Of a stretch of DNA of 64,000 bases, positions 1 to 11,750 are shown in pieces. Numbering within the stretch: position 1 is the first letter of the stretch; each line of letters opens with the position of its first letter. A model generated the notes under the pieces. That model searched no databases, was not told where the DNA came from, and saw only the letters and a program-made list of their open reading frames with translations. Source of the DNA: Zootoca vivipara (lineage: Eukaryota). The DNA is taken from contig NC_083283.1 of assembly GCF_963506605.1 (NCBI RefSeq), forward strand, positions 34,782,001 to 34,846,000, in the 5' to 3' direction. The position numbers and the translations under genes are program-made.

Positions 1-264
1 ATTATGCTTTCATTGAGCTTATTTAGGCTAAAGTAGCCTGAAGTTTCCATGAACATGCTCATTTAAAATATATTTTGGCAGAGAGTGAATAAAATAAATG
101 TAGCTGTTAGCAAAACCCATTCCAAATATAGTGGTGTCCACCCAGCATGCTCTGTTGTCCACTCTTTACAACAATGATGGAAGGCCAATAAACAAGTATT
201 AATAAGCTTCTGTTAACATCAACCCATTAAAAATTTTTGTATAATCTTTCTTTTCTATTAATAT

Positions 265-400
265 CATAGAATCATAAAATTGTAGGGTTGGGAGAGACTA
301 TGAGAGTCGTCTAGTCCAAGCCCCTGCAATGCAGAAATCTTGTCCAACATGGGACTCAAACTCATGACAGTGAGATTAAGAGTTTCATGCTCTAATCTGC
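265..400 (-). mobile_element. tRNA-Lys-derived SINE with CR1-type 3' tail (degenerate)
   Basis: Minus strand reads TAGAGCATGAAACTCTTAATCTCACTGTCATGAGTTTGAGTCCCATGTTGG (tRNA-Lys-like head), then ...GGGGCTTGGACTAGACG... and ends in the CR1-type ATTCTATG tail. Confidence 0.7.
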
Positions 401-480
401 CTAAATATTCTGTTCACTGATTTGGAGTCCCTTGGTCAAAAAAGTGGTATGCAAATAAGCCACAGCATAACATTTAGTTA

Positions 481-1710
481 AGAACATAAAAAGAGACTGC
501 GGGGTCAAGTTAATAGCCCATCTAGTTTAGCATCCTGTTCTCACAGTGACCAACCAGATGCATGTAGGAAGATCACAAGCAGGACCAGAGTACAAAAGCA
601 CTCTCCACTTCCATAGCTTCCAGCAACTGATGTTCAGAAGCATTCCTGCCTCTCATAGTGGAGGTAGAATATACCGTATTTTTCGCTCCATATGATGCAC
701 CTGACCATAGGATGCACCTAGTTTTTAGAGGAGGAAAACAAGAACAAAAATTTATTTTGCTTTCTTGAATTGTCCTAGGCATAGCAGCCAACTCCTAGAG
801 GCCTTTGCCCCCCACCCCATTAAATATTTGAGGAAGCTTCTTTTGCAAAGGGAGAAAGCTCCATTTTTTTGAGGATCAGCTCAAAGTTGTGCAGCTTTTT
901 TGCAAAGGGGGAAAGCTCCATTTTTGAGGATCAGCTCAAAGTTGTTGAGCTTACCTTGCAAAGGGGAAAAAATCCAGTTTTTATGGGGTTCAACTCACAG
1001 TTCTGCAGCTTCTCTAGGAAAGGAAAGGGACCCATTTCTACAGTTTCCAGACAGATAATCTAATCAGCCAGTCACATGTCGCTGGGGAAACAAGCAGCCT
1101 TCCTTATACAGACAACAATTGAGGCCTGGGCAAGGGGCCTGGGTGGAGTGGGAAGGGAGCTAGCTCCCTTATCTCCCTCACCAATCTCTTGCAATCAGCT
1201 GCTGAGTGGGTGCTTTCGACACTCTCTTTCCCTCTTGTTAGCCTTTAGCTCTTATATATATATATATATATAGCATGATCTGCCTTTCGCCCCTGGGCAA
1301 TTCAGCTCCAGGAACCACACATTCACTCCATAAGATGAACAGACATTTCCTCTTACTTTTTAGGAGGAAAAAAGTGTGTCATGGAGCGAAAAATATGGTA
1401 GCCCCCATAGTTATAAGCATTGATAGTCTTATCCTCTATGAATTTGTCCAATCCTGTTTTAACCCATCCAAGTTGATAGCCATCATTGCCTCATGTGGGA
1501 GCAGATTCCATAATTTAATTATGTACTGTGTGAAGAAATACTTTCTTTTGTCTTTCCTGAATCTCTCAACATTAGGCTTTATTCAAGTTCCCCAAGTTCT
1601 AGTGTTATGAAAGAGGGAGACAAACCATTGTCTATCCACTTTCTCAACATCAAGCTTAATTTCATCCACCTCTGCCATGTCTCCTCTTACTCACCTCTTC
1701 TTTAAACTAA
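481..1710 (-). mobile_element. CR1-clade LINE 3' fragment, interrupted by a Tc2-type MITE
   Basis: Begins AGAACATAA..., continues CATCTAG..AGCATCCTGTTCTCACAGTG; resumes after the MITE at 1401 with GTGTGAAGAAATACTTTCTTTTG, typical antisense CR1 3' sequence in squamates. Confidence 0.7.
674..1398. mobile_element. Tc1/mariner (Tc2/pogo-type) non-autonomous DNA transposon
   Basis: TIRs CCGTATTTTTCGCTCCAT / ATGGAGCGAAAAATATGG; TA target duplication at 672-673 and 1399-1400; internal ~60 bp tandem duplication near 838-960. Confidence 0.85.
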
Positions 1711-2359
1711 AGGCCATTGAAATGCATTGAAATGAATCATGCACATTTCAATGATAGCCCATAGCAAGATGAATAACATAGGTTTTAACAGAAGCTGAAC
1801 TGTAGCAGAGCAGAAATAGTTCTGCTTGCAACAAGCCAGGACAGGTCAAAAATTACTGCCTCCTATATTTAGCTGAGCAACACCATTGGAGACAACCCAA
1901 AGTGGTTCGATTTTCTCCAAATCCTGCCACTATTACCATTTTCAGTTAGAGGTGCCTTTTACTTTAGAACACTAAACCTTTTTCGAAGTGACAGCTCATC
2001 CTTCACGCCACATGTCTATTTATTTTGGAAGTTAACACACCATTCAGTAGCTTGAGAAGAGGTCTGATTGCTATGCTAATAGTATTCAAAAATATGTTGA
2101 CACCAATAAAAACTAGTAAACTAGGGCTAATTCATAGAGTGCATAATAAAAGGTAAGGAGGAATCACTTGGGCTCCAGTTTCCACAACTGGAATCTTAGC
2201 CTGCAATTTTATTTTTATCCCTGTGATGAATAAATTTTGTTCAATAAGCACGGTGAAATTAGGTTAATTATAAGCTCTCTGTGTTGTAAATAATTTTGAT
2301 TCTATAGAGTTATAGGGCTTTTTAAAGGAAAAAATCAAGGACCTATATATTATTATAGA

Positions 2360-2438
2360 GAGGAAGGAAGGAAGGAAGGAAGGAAGGAAGGAAGGAAGGA
2401 AGGAAGGAAGGAAGGAAGAAGGAAAGAAGGAAAGGAAA
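2360..2438 (+). repeat. (GGAA)n microsatellite
   Basis: Direct reading. Confidence 0.95.
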
Positions 2439-3382
2439 GATCTTTGTATCAAATTGTCAGACAACAACATAGCTTTCCCGGAATTTTAAAATGTAATAGT
2501 GGAATAAACTAGAAGTCATGTGGTTTGCTATGTGTACACCTCTGACAGCCTCTCAAAATCCCTCTGGGCTGCCTTCCACACATTTCAGCTTTATTAGTGC
2601 ACAAAGAACTACAAAAACCATGAAAACATGTCACAGGTCTATTACAATGTGTGCATTTGCATCAGGTGCACATGATGGGAGCACCCTGCCTTTCATGACT
2701 TCCCAAGGCAAGTCCTCCAGAAAGTAAAAATACACAAATTGTAGTCTTCACCTTTAATGCTTGTGCATGGGAGTTGCTACCATGTGCACTCATTAGAGAT
2801 GTGTTGGGATCTTTAAACAAGAATCACAATGTACTATGGCAAAAACTAGGTTTTCTAGGAAGGGGTATTTAGCAACAAGACAGTAAGCCACAATTTAGAG
2901 TGAGTATGTAGTTTGTTACAAAAATAACCAGAAAAAATTAGGGGTCATAATCCTCCTACCAGTAAGATGTTAAGTGATTTCCCTTTCCAAGTTTGGGAGT
3001 GATGGCCAAAGTTTGGGTAGGAGTGAATGTCCCAAGAGTTTTGAAACCATTTTCTTCTATTTAACTTTCCTCAAAGTAAGTGAGATACCACCTCGTTTGA
3101 GAAGCCTCTCTCAAATGAGGTGGTGTCCAACAAACTTGTTGCATTAGCAGGATTTCTGCTTGCCATAGTGCAACTTTTCCCTTTAAGGAAATTTAATGAG
3201 ATGGAGGAAGAGGAGAAGTTCAAAGGTTCTGAGGTTACTTTGTACTAGAAGCAACACCTATCCCCAGAACATCAAATGACATTTTCTCCTAACCCCATGG
3301 ATGCCAGGAGAACAATAAAAGAGTAATAAAAATGGAGACCAGGGAATGTGGGGAAGAGATAAATCTGGGAAACGTAAGTACC

Positions 3383-3522
3383 TAAGAAGAGGCCTGCAGG
3401 GTCCATTCAATCCAGCAGCCTGTTCTCACAATGGATAACTACATGCCCATGGGAAGATCGCAAACAGAACATGAGCACACAGCAGTCTCCCCACTCATGA
3501 TTTCCAACAACTGGTATTCAGG
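3383..3522 (-). mobile_element. CR1-clade 3' end remnant (same family as 481-670)
   Basis: Aligns by eye with 485-640 (CCTGTTCTCACA, TTCCAACAACTGGTATTCAG). Confidence 0.6.
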
Positions 3523-3556
3523 AACAGTCAAAAATAAAGGTCTGAATGGATTAGAT

Positions 3557-3692
3557 CAGGCATCCCCAAACTTCGGCCCTCCAGATGTTTTGGACTACAA
3601 TTCCCATCTTCCCCCATCACTGGTCCTGTTAGCTAGGGATCATGGGAGTTGTAGGCCAAAACATCTGGAGGGCCGCAGTTTGGGGATGCCTG
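3557..3692. mobile_element. hAT-Charlie MITE (136 bp, near-palindromic)
   Basis: TIRs CAGGCATCCCCAAACT / AGTTTGGGGATGCCTG; perfect 8-bp TSD GATTAGAT at 3549-3556 and 3693-3700. Confidence 0.9.
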
Positions 3693-4626
3693 GATTAGAT
3701 CCTCATGTCTAGCTGGGTATTTGTATTATAGGCCCATTTATATGAGGGAGAGGTTTCTCCTAAACTGAAGGAGGGCATTGATAGTGCAAGAGGGGTTTTC
3801 CATTTTCTGTAGTGGGTGACCATCGTGTGGCATGTGCATCCTTTTGGCAGATATCCCTAACTATCGTTCATGCTAATGGGTTCCTCACTTATTTACACTA
3901 TCGTTTTCCAGTGTTTCCCTCTCCAGGGCTCTGGAATGCCAATCAGTCATGCGAGAGGGAATTTCATTAGAAATGATGTGGGTTTGTGTGCATATTCCAG
4001 AGATCCCAGATCTGCTGAAGAGAAAGTGGAAACTCTCCTATGTTAATAGTCAGTGCACACATGTTCCTTTATTGCCTTGTGTGATGAAGTCACCGCTTAG
4101 CATATCTGTCCCAGGCAAAATGGAGATTTGGAGCCAAAGTGCTTAGAAAAAATACTTAAAATTGTGTGTGTGGGCATACTTTCCTGGTATTGGTATGTTT
4201 TGCCTATAGAAAAGAAAGTCATGTGTAAAGTCCCCACTCCTGTTGATTATCTCTGTTACCTGCAAAAAAATAACAAGTGTTATATTTCTATATTTTTATA
4301 GAAGGTTAATTCCAATAATTATACTCAGTTATTACCAATTAACCATTTTAATATTACTAGAGTGAAGCAGAGAGGTAATTTAATCAAATAATGCAAAATG
4401 TCACTAACGAGCAAATGAATATGCAAGATAAATTAGCATGCACATATGTTGATATTAAATAGACACAATTAGATTTTGGTTTTTTGTTTAAGTGTTTAAC
4501 CGTTCCCCTGGATATTTAGTGAAATAATGGTCCTAAACACGTCTTACTCTATGCTGAACAGCATCCAAGGTTTTTGGTGGCCAGTGCCTCTAACAGCCAG
4601 TGCCTCTAACAGCACTCTAACATAAG

Positions 4627-5022
4627 TGTTGGGAAATTCCATTCCACTTTAAGGAGCAGACGTGTGAGATTGTTACATGTCACATGTCTGTTTTCAGTTC
4701 CAGCCCAGTCTGCTGGGAACTTTCGTTGTGTACAGTTTTTGCTTTTGAGACTCTCTCTGAGGAGACAAAGGAGAGTTGACTTGTTTTTCTTTGTCCTGAT
4801 TTATGCTTAATAAATCTGCTTGTAATTATGCTTTCACAAGCCTCTCCATGCCGCTTCTGTTCACACAGCGCACTGCTAATTTAGTGTGCTCAGACTTCTG
4901 AAGTCTGAGTCGCTGGCTACATCACTCCAGAGATTTGGGGATCATCCAGTTTGTCGGCTGGAAGGGCATGATCCAGCTGGGGGCTAGTCAGCTGGCCTCT
5001 TGACCCCCTCTGGATGGCGACA
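4627..5022 (+). mobile_element. Solo LTR (396 bp)
   Basis: TG...CA termini (TGTTG/CGACA), 5-bp TSD ATAAG at 4622-4626 and 5023-5027, AATAAA near 4809. Confidence 0.75.
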
Positions 5023-5069
5023 ATAAGACCTTAAAAAAAAACGTATTAAAATGCAAGTTATCAATTTGG

Positions 5070-5200
5070 AGAGTCAGTGTGGTGTAATGCTTAGAGTGTT
5101 GGACTAGGAGTGATGAAACAGAAATTCAAATCTTTGCTCCGCCGTGACTGGATGACCTTGGGACAATCAGACTCCTTCTGCATAGCATACCTCAACAGGT
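5070..5200 (+). mobile_element. Squam2/MIR-like tRNA SINE (degenerate, 5' half)
   Basis: A-box-like GTGTGGTGTAATGCTTAGAGTGTTGGACTAG, B-box-like ATTCAAATC, core TGACCTTGGG. Confidence 0.65.
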
Positions 5201-5694
5201 ATGGATACAATGAGGAAAGGCTTTTCCCCTCCATTGATTGTGGGGCTTGCCTGAACTACTTTGTGGCCCTGTCTCTTTTTTCTGCTCTTTGAGATCTAGC
5301 AGCTATTTTGTGTCACACAACACATCTATCAGCCAATTTCTGACTGGTACTCAATGAACTTTCTCAAAATTCCAAAAAGGTTGCTGACCCCATAACATCT
5401 CCTTTCTTTTGATGCAGTTCCCTTTTCCTGAGACAATATTTCATATTAGCAAGGGTGTCAGCTATTCTACTTCTCCAAGACCTACAACATAGTTGTGCCA
5501 CTTCTCTCTCAGAGAATAAGTATTTTTATATCTCCCTCTCTCTCTTAAACAGATGGTTAATTGGCTCCAGAGTGGGCTCCAGAAAAGTCGTGCTATTATT
5601 GATCTTTTGAATTTATGACCTCACTGTAGCTCCAGCGTTTTAATTTGTAAGGTACCTCTGCAATCTGAATTTCCTTTTGGGTGAAGACAGAGGC

Positions 5695-7080
5695 AAAGTA
5701 CCAGATTTTTAGAAGACATCTGAAGACAGCCCTGTTTAGGGAAGCTTTTCCTTTTTTCAGGTAAGAAACAGTGTTTATTCTCTTCTTTGACTGATGGACA
5801 GTTGACTGGTCCAGAATGTCAATCTTTTTTTTTCCTTTCAAATAATAGTTATTCATTTTATAAGAATGAAAAAATACAGAATACAAAAATACACAAAAAA
5901 GAAAATAAAACACAAAAATACAAAAAATGGAAAAGAAAAAAGAAATCCATCTTTATAATTCTTATATCTTAACATTTATGACTTCCTCATGTACCCCTTC
6001 ACTGTGTTTCCTTCTAAATCATCTTTAGTAATTTATATATCATAATTCCAATCATCTTATATCTTGTTAACATTCATTTCATTTCTTATTTAACACTTAT
6101 ACCTAAATCCTAAAATACATTAACATATTTTTCTCTACAACCTCTATGTACTTCCAAATATAAATTAAGCACTTCCAAAATTACAATTATTTTTTATATA
6201 AACTTTAAACTTCTTCCAATCTTCTTCCATCGACTCTTCTCCCTGATCACGTAGTCTCCTGGTCAGCTCAGCCAGTTCCATATATTCAATCATCTTCATT
6301 TGCCATTCATCCACTGTTAGTACGTCTTTCATCTTCCAATTCTTAGCTATCAAAATTCTTGCTGCTGTTGTGGCATACAGAAAAAAACGTAATATCTTTT
6401 TGGGAATTTCTTCTCTAACTATTCCAAGGAGAAAGGCTTCTGGTTTTTTAATAAAGGTGTTTTTCAACATTTTTTTTTTCATTTCATTATAAATCTTTTC
6501 CCAGAAGTCTTTTACTTTGGGGCAGGTCCACCACATATGGTAAAAGGTTCCTTCCGCATTCTTACATTTCCAACATTTATTATCTTGTGTATGATAAATC
6601 TTAGCTAGTTATACCAGTGTTAAATACCACCTATACATCATTTTCATCATATTTTCTCTTAACACATTACATGCGGTAAACTTAATATTCTTCTTCCACA
6701 ACGTTTCCCAATCCTCCATCATGATATTATGCCCCACATCTTTCACCCAATCAATTATTACAGATTTCACTTGTTCATCTTTTGTATGCCATTCCAACAG
6801 TAAATTATACATTTTAGAAAGATTCTTTGTATTAGACTCTAACAATTCCGTCTCCAATTTGGAATTTTTTCAACTGAAAACCAACTTTCTTATCCATTTT
6901 AAACATTTTATTTATCTGATAATATTGTAACCAATCATTTACATTATTCTTCAACTGTTCATATGTTTTTAATTTAACAGCAGAGAAGCTTTTAATGTTT
7001 GACAGACTATTGTATTTTGATATTTTGTTGGAAGGCACCCAGAGTGGGTGGGGAAACCCAGCCAGGTGGGCGTGGTATAA

Positions 7081-7128
<48 letters not shown>
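5695..7128 (+). mobile_element. L2 LINE 3' tail split by an L1 insertion (L2 parts 5695-5749 and 6985-7128)
   Basis: TTTTAGAAGACATCTGAAGACAGCCCTGTTTAGGGAAGCTTTT | AATGTTTGA...CCCAGAGTGG...GGAAACCCAGCCAG...(TTA)n is colinear with the uninterrupted L2 tail at 10940-11119. Confidence 0.85.
5750..6984 (-). mobile_element. 5'-truncated L1-clade LINE (ORF2 C-terminus with CCHC knuckle, 3'UTR, A-tail)
   Basis: Minus-strand translation KCWKCKNAEGTFYHMWWTCPKVKDFW (L1 ORF2 cysteine-rich domain; ORFs 6165-6536 and 6609-6857, disrupted); 9-bp TSD GAAGCTTTT at 5741-5749 and 6985-6993. Confidence 0.9.
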
Positions 7129-7131
<3 letters not shown>

Positions 7132-7420
7132 AGGCAATCTGCTCCAGGAAGGCATCGTCCAAGTCTCCAGTCTGGGTTGGAAGTGTATAGCAGACACCTA
7201 CAGTAGGGTCATTGTTGCTTCCCTCTTCCACAAATTTTACTCATATCTTCTCAATCTGCCTTTCATGCTCCAGATCATGGATCTCTTCACAAGTGTACAC
7301 ATCCTTTATATATATTGCTGCTACTCCTCCCTTCCTGTTTCATCTACTCCTATTCAGCAGATTGTACGCCTCAATTTCTACATTCCAGTCATGAGTCTCA
7401 TCCCACCAGGTTTCAGTTGC
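7132..7420 (-). pseudogene. CR1 ORF2 apurinic endonuclease fragment (in-frame stops)
   Basis: My minus-strand translation: TETWWDETHDWNVEIEAYNLLNRSR*NRKGGVAAIYIKDVYTCEEIHDLEHERQIEKI*VKFVEEGSNNDPTVGVCYTLPTQTGDLDDAFLEQIA; ETWWD, GGVA.Y and VGVCY are CR1 APE motifs. Confidence 0.85.
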
Positions 7421-7879
7421 TTTTCACTTCTGTATTGCGGAAATGATAAACAGTCATACGCCACATCAATAAAATTGATAGGTAGAAATACCTACCGCAA
7501 AGGACAAAGCTTCCTACAAGGGAAGAATGGATAGTTTGTGTCTTTGAGTCTCACTGAGGGGACTGAATAGAAGCAGAAACCTAAAGTGTCACAGTGTTGC
7601 CTCAGTGGAGAGGTAATCTTTTGCAGTGGGGGAAATTCAGGGAGAGTGAGCCCCTTTACTGTGGACAAAAGGGAAAGTCTCGTAAATAGTCCAAAAGGTG
7701 CAAATGATACCAGGCTGCGTGTGCTGGAAGAAAAACCTCATTCCTATCAAGCCCACGGGGTAGAAGGGTTTACAGCAAGGCGAAAGGGAGAGAGGGAGGT
7801 TAGTTTTACCTCAGGATTCCCTAGTAGCTCTTTAAGTGTAATATAGAGGTTGAAGTGGAAAAGACGAAAGAAAAGGATT

Positions 7880-8677
7880 TCGTCGCAGGCTGCCCCTAGC
7901 TCCACTCTGTGGGGGGCAGCGAACTCTGTGGGGGGCAGCAATCCTCTGCACCTCCACCATCAATGCGCGACATGGCCGCCGCCATCGAAGAGAAGCCCTG
8001 ATGTCCTGGCTGCAGGGGCGTAGCCATTCGCCACTCAACAGGGCGAGGCAGCTTGCCGCACAGAGCTTGCTGGGCATAGCACTGTAAAAGGACAGGCTCC
8101 CACGTTGCCTTAAAAGGCTTGCATCATGACTGCGCGTGTAAGCGACTGCCACTTTCTTTCCATGCAGGGAGAAGGGATACACGGGGCTGTTGTGCCTCCT
8201 TCCTCCCATTCTCCCTGCACGGAAAGAAAGAAGAAAGCGGACTGCGCTGGGAGGCGAGAGGTCTGCGCACTGGTCTAGAGCCTCTTTTGCTACAAGCGTT
8301 GCTGTGAGAGCGGCAGTGGCAGCAGGAGAAACAGGACCGGGGGCGGGGGTTGCGCAGCAAATAAAACTGCCCCCGCTCGGGGTTGTGCCCTTGGCCCCAA
8401 ACCAGGGAGGGAAGGAGGGGACCAGGCGAGAGGAAGGACATCGCGCCTAGCAGAGCTGTGAGGAGGGTCCGGTACCAGCTGGGCCGGGCTAGGCCGCTTC
8501 ACCCTCGTCCACCTCAGCACCCTCAGGTACGCACTGGAGGCTTCCGTGAGCACGCACATTGTGATGCCGTGCGTCACGACGCACAACACAATGCATGCAC
8601 GCCGCGGAGACCTCCCCCCCCCCGGGGCTGCCTTTGGGTTTGCCGCCCAGGTGGCCAAGCGGCTCTGTTCGCCACTG
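7880..8677. mobile_element. CpG-rich segment ending in a hAT-like terminus (probable truncated non-autonomous DNA transposon)
   Basis: Right end GCTCTGTTCGCCACTG (reverse CAGTGGCGAACAGAGC), abrupt return to AT-rich DNA at 8678; no left TIR or TSD found. Confidence 0.5.
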
Positions 8678-9790
8678 TATGCATCCCACAAACTATGAAT
8701 CTAAACAAAGCTCTTTTGTCACTGACCATTTTGGACATCGACCAGATGAAGATTGTCCATATTCTTAGTATTTAGGACATTCTCTATAACATGTATAGTT
8801 TTATATGCATTATTCTGGATGCATTTAGGTCATATACTATTAAAAATGCATCCTGCCATTTCTCTCCCAGTTTCCTAATCTTCATTTACCCATCTCCTGC
8901 CACTTACTAATCTCTTCCTCAGTGGTGCCTCATCCTCTCCCAGCTAGAAAAACAGTAAAACTATTAAATATAGCTACACAGGGAGAGATTATGTAATTAT
9001 GTAAAACTGTAGCACGGTTCAGGTGAATACATTATTTTCACGGAATATTTTACAGAGGAGGTCAGTTCTCCAGAGCATAGCAAACGACCAAGTACTGTAC
9101 AAACTTTACATCAGATAACACTTTTAAGGGATAGTCCTTTTGTATTTGCCTTCTCCCTGACTCCTTCCAGTTACAGAGCCTGCAACTATAAACAACCAAA
9201 GGTAGTATTTGAAATTATAATGACTGGTGCTTTGTGGAATGGCATCAGTAGGTACTTTCAGATTATCCACAATCTCTGAGCAGTGTGATATTCCAGGGGT
9301 CCAGGCACTTACCCGGGGTTTGTGTTTCCTTTAGAAATGAGGCAGAGTGGAATCTGTGGTGTCTTTATGGTCTATTTACACATATTTACAACCTGAGCCT
9401 GTGATGAAGGGGCTCACAGCATTACACTCCAAGAGGTTCTTGGATGCCAGTAGAAATCAAATGGTGCTCTGTCCCTCTGCCCAGCTTGCCTGCCTTTAAC
9501 AGACTGCCACTTTTCTCTCCATCTCACATCCCAGCAAACTGCAATTCTAAAAACAACTCTCCTTCCAAGGCCCTTGCCTTTCTAACTTATACTGAGCTGA
9601 GGTAGGAGCCTCTTCCATTTGCCCTCTGGCACAAAGCCAATTCTTTTGCCCCCTAGCAATTCATCTTTAGCAGGCAAAATGGTTCCTGGCTTGAATTTTA
9701 ACATGCTAAATCCAGTGTCTGGTACCCAGGAATTGGAAGGGAAATCCAGGCACCCCCAAAACTCATAACAATATTTACTAGTGAGAAAGC

Positions 9791-9960
9791 ACTAGGAGAA
9801 GGGGACGACAGAGGACAAGATGGTTGGACAGTGTTCTCGAAGCTACAAACATGAGTTTGACCAAACTGCGGGAGGCAGTGCAAGACAGGAGTGCCTGGCG
9901 TGCTATGGTCCATGGGGTCACGAAGAGTCGGACACAACTAAACGACTAAACAACAACAAC
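9791..9960 (+). mobile_element. Bov-B (RTE) LINE 3' fragment
   Basis: GGGGTCACGAAGAGTCGGACACAACTAAACGACTAAAC(AAC)n tail; 11-bp TSD AGTGAGAAAGC at 9780-9790 and 9961-9971. Confidence 0.95.
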
Positions 9961-10639
9961 AGTGAGAAAGCCACATTGAAACATAGTGAGATTTTTCTTC
10001 TGTGCCAATATGGATAGCATTTACTGTTTTAAGATGCCATTTTGGACCATCAGAAATTGCCCAATCTCCTTTATGAAACAGTTACCATACGATATCTTTT
10101 CCTCCTTTCACTCCTGTTCACCCTGTTGCTAATTACTTTTCTTTTAAGAACTGTTTTTGAGAGAAGTCTGTCTCCCACTGCTTCCTTCACTCTGGTGTCT
10201 TGCCCATTTGGAAAAGATCACAGTACACACCACGAAGTAATAAAGATTAATACTTTTCTCAAGGCCACAGGGATCCACCATGGGAATATTAGAATTAAAA
10301 TGTCTGTATGCATCCAGCAGTTCTTTGGGTCAAGGAAAGAGGAAAACAGAAGTAGAGTCATTAAATGATTTTTTTATAATGTCAGGTTATGTAAACAAGA
10401 GAGGACTTCCCTTGAGCTCTGTAAGGTAAACGAAACAGGTTGTAACCAAGAACGCTCTGGGGAGGGGGCAAAGCTGCATTGGGAGTGTTAAGGACCAGCT
10501 TAGCATCAGTCACAGAGGTATCATTGAGTGTGTGCCTCCCCCAAAATAGTAAAGGCTGCTCTTAATACCTAAAGAAAAAGGTTAAGCACTGTTTGGAGGC
10601 AACATTCATCATTGTCATCATGCTTATTTGTATGCCATG

Positions 10640-11076
10640 CCACATAACACCGGTCCTGAGAGATCTACACTGGCTCCCAGTACATTTCTGAGCACAGTTC
10701 AAAGTGTTTGTACTGACCTTTAAAGCCCTAAACAGCCTCGGTCCTGTATACCTGAAGGAGCGTCTCCACCCCCATCATTCAGCCCGGACACTGAGATCCA
10801 GCACCAAGGGCCTTCTGGCGGTTCCCTCATTGCGAGAAGTGAGGTTGCAGGGAACCAGGCAGAGGGCCTTCTCGGTAGTGGCACCCGCCCTGTGGAACGC
10901 CCTCCCAGCAGATGTCAAGGCAATAAGCAATTATTTTACTTTTAGAAGACAACTGAAGGCAGCCCTGTTTAGGGAGGTTTTTAATGTTTGATGCTGTACT
11001 GTTTTTAATATTCGGTTGGAAGCCACCCAGAGTGGCTGGGGAAACCCAGCCAGATGGGCGGGGTATAAATAAATAA

Positions 11077-11119
<43 letters not shown>
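10640..11119 (+). mobile_element. L2 LINE 3' fragment with (TTA)n tail
   Basis: ORF FKALNSLGPVYLKERL...RAFSVVAPALWNALP (L2 ORF2 C-terminus), lacertid-type tail. Confidence 0.9.
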
Positions 11120-11120
<1 letters not shown>

Positions 11121-11440
11121 TTGCCCCACAAAATTGTTTCCAAAGCATCTCAGAGCATATCAAATTAACAATAAGTGTAACAATAAAGGAAATAAAGAAA
11201 AAATCATAATGGATTGTTTCCAAAGTAGTGCTGAGTAATGCATTCCATCAGTGCAAGGATTCCTGTTTTCTCAATGGGACTTCCACCTCCCCTGCACCCC
11301 CTTAATCTGTTCTATGGGGTCCCCCCTGATCCTGTGGAGCAGATTTGGGAAGGACAAGGGGCCCACACAGGGGGATGATGGGACAAAAGTCAAACACTGT
11401 GTGGATACTATATAAGCTTACCTAATTTAACAGTTTAATA

Positions 11441-11750
11441 GGTAAAGGTAAAGGTACCCCTGACCATTAGGTCCAATCGCGGATGACTCTAGGGTTGCGG
11501 CGCTCACCTCGCTCTATAGGCTGAGGGAGCTGGCGTTTGTCGTGGACAGCTTCCGGGTCATGTGGCCAGCATGACTAAGCCACTTCTGGCAAACCAGAGC
11601 AGCACATGGAAACGCTGTTTACCTTCCCGCTGGAGCGGTACCTATTTATCTACTTGCACTTTGATGTGCTTTCGAACTGCTAGGTTGGCAGGAGCAGGGA
11701 CCGAACAACGGGAGCTCACCCGTCGTGGGGATTCGAACCGCCGACCTTCT
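11441..11750 (-). mobile_element. Sauria SINE (Squam1), 5'-truncated
   Basis: GGTAAAGGTAAAGG tail, GGTACCTATTTATCTACTTGCAC core, B-box GGTTCGAATCC on the minus strand. Confidence 0.9.

Noticed and set aside
6832-7534. ORFs with poly-Leu or poly-Asn resembling signal or transmembrane segments (also 10827, 21105, 35179, 44820)
   Set aside because: Translations of (TTA)n/(AAT)n microsatellites.
9284-9743. Possible solo LTR (TG...ACA, LTR-like composition)
   Set aside because: No matching TSD and no clear polyA signal; could not be supported.
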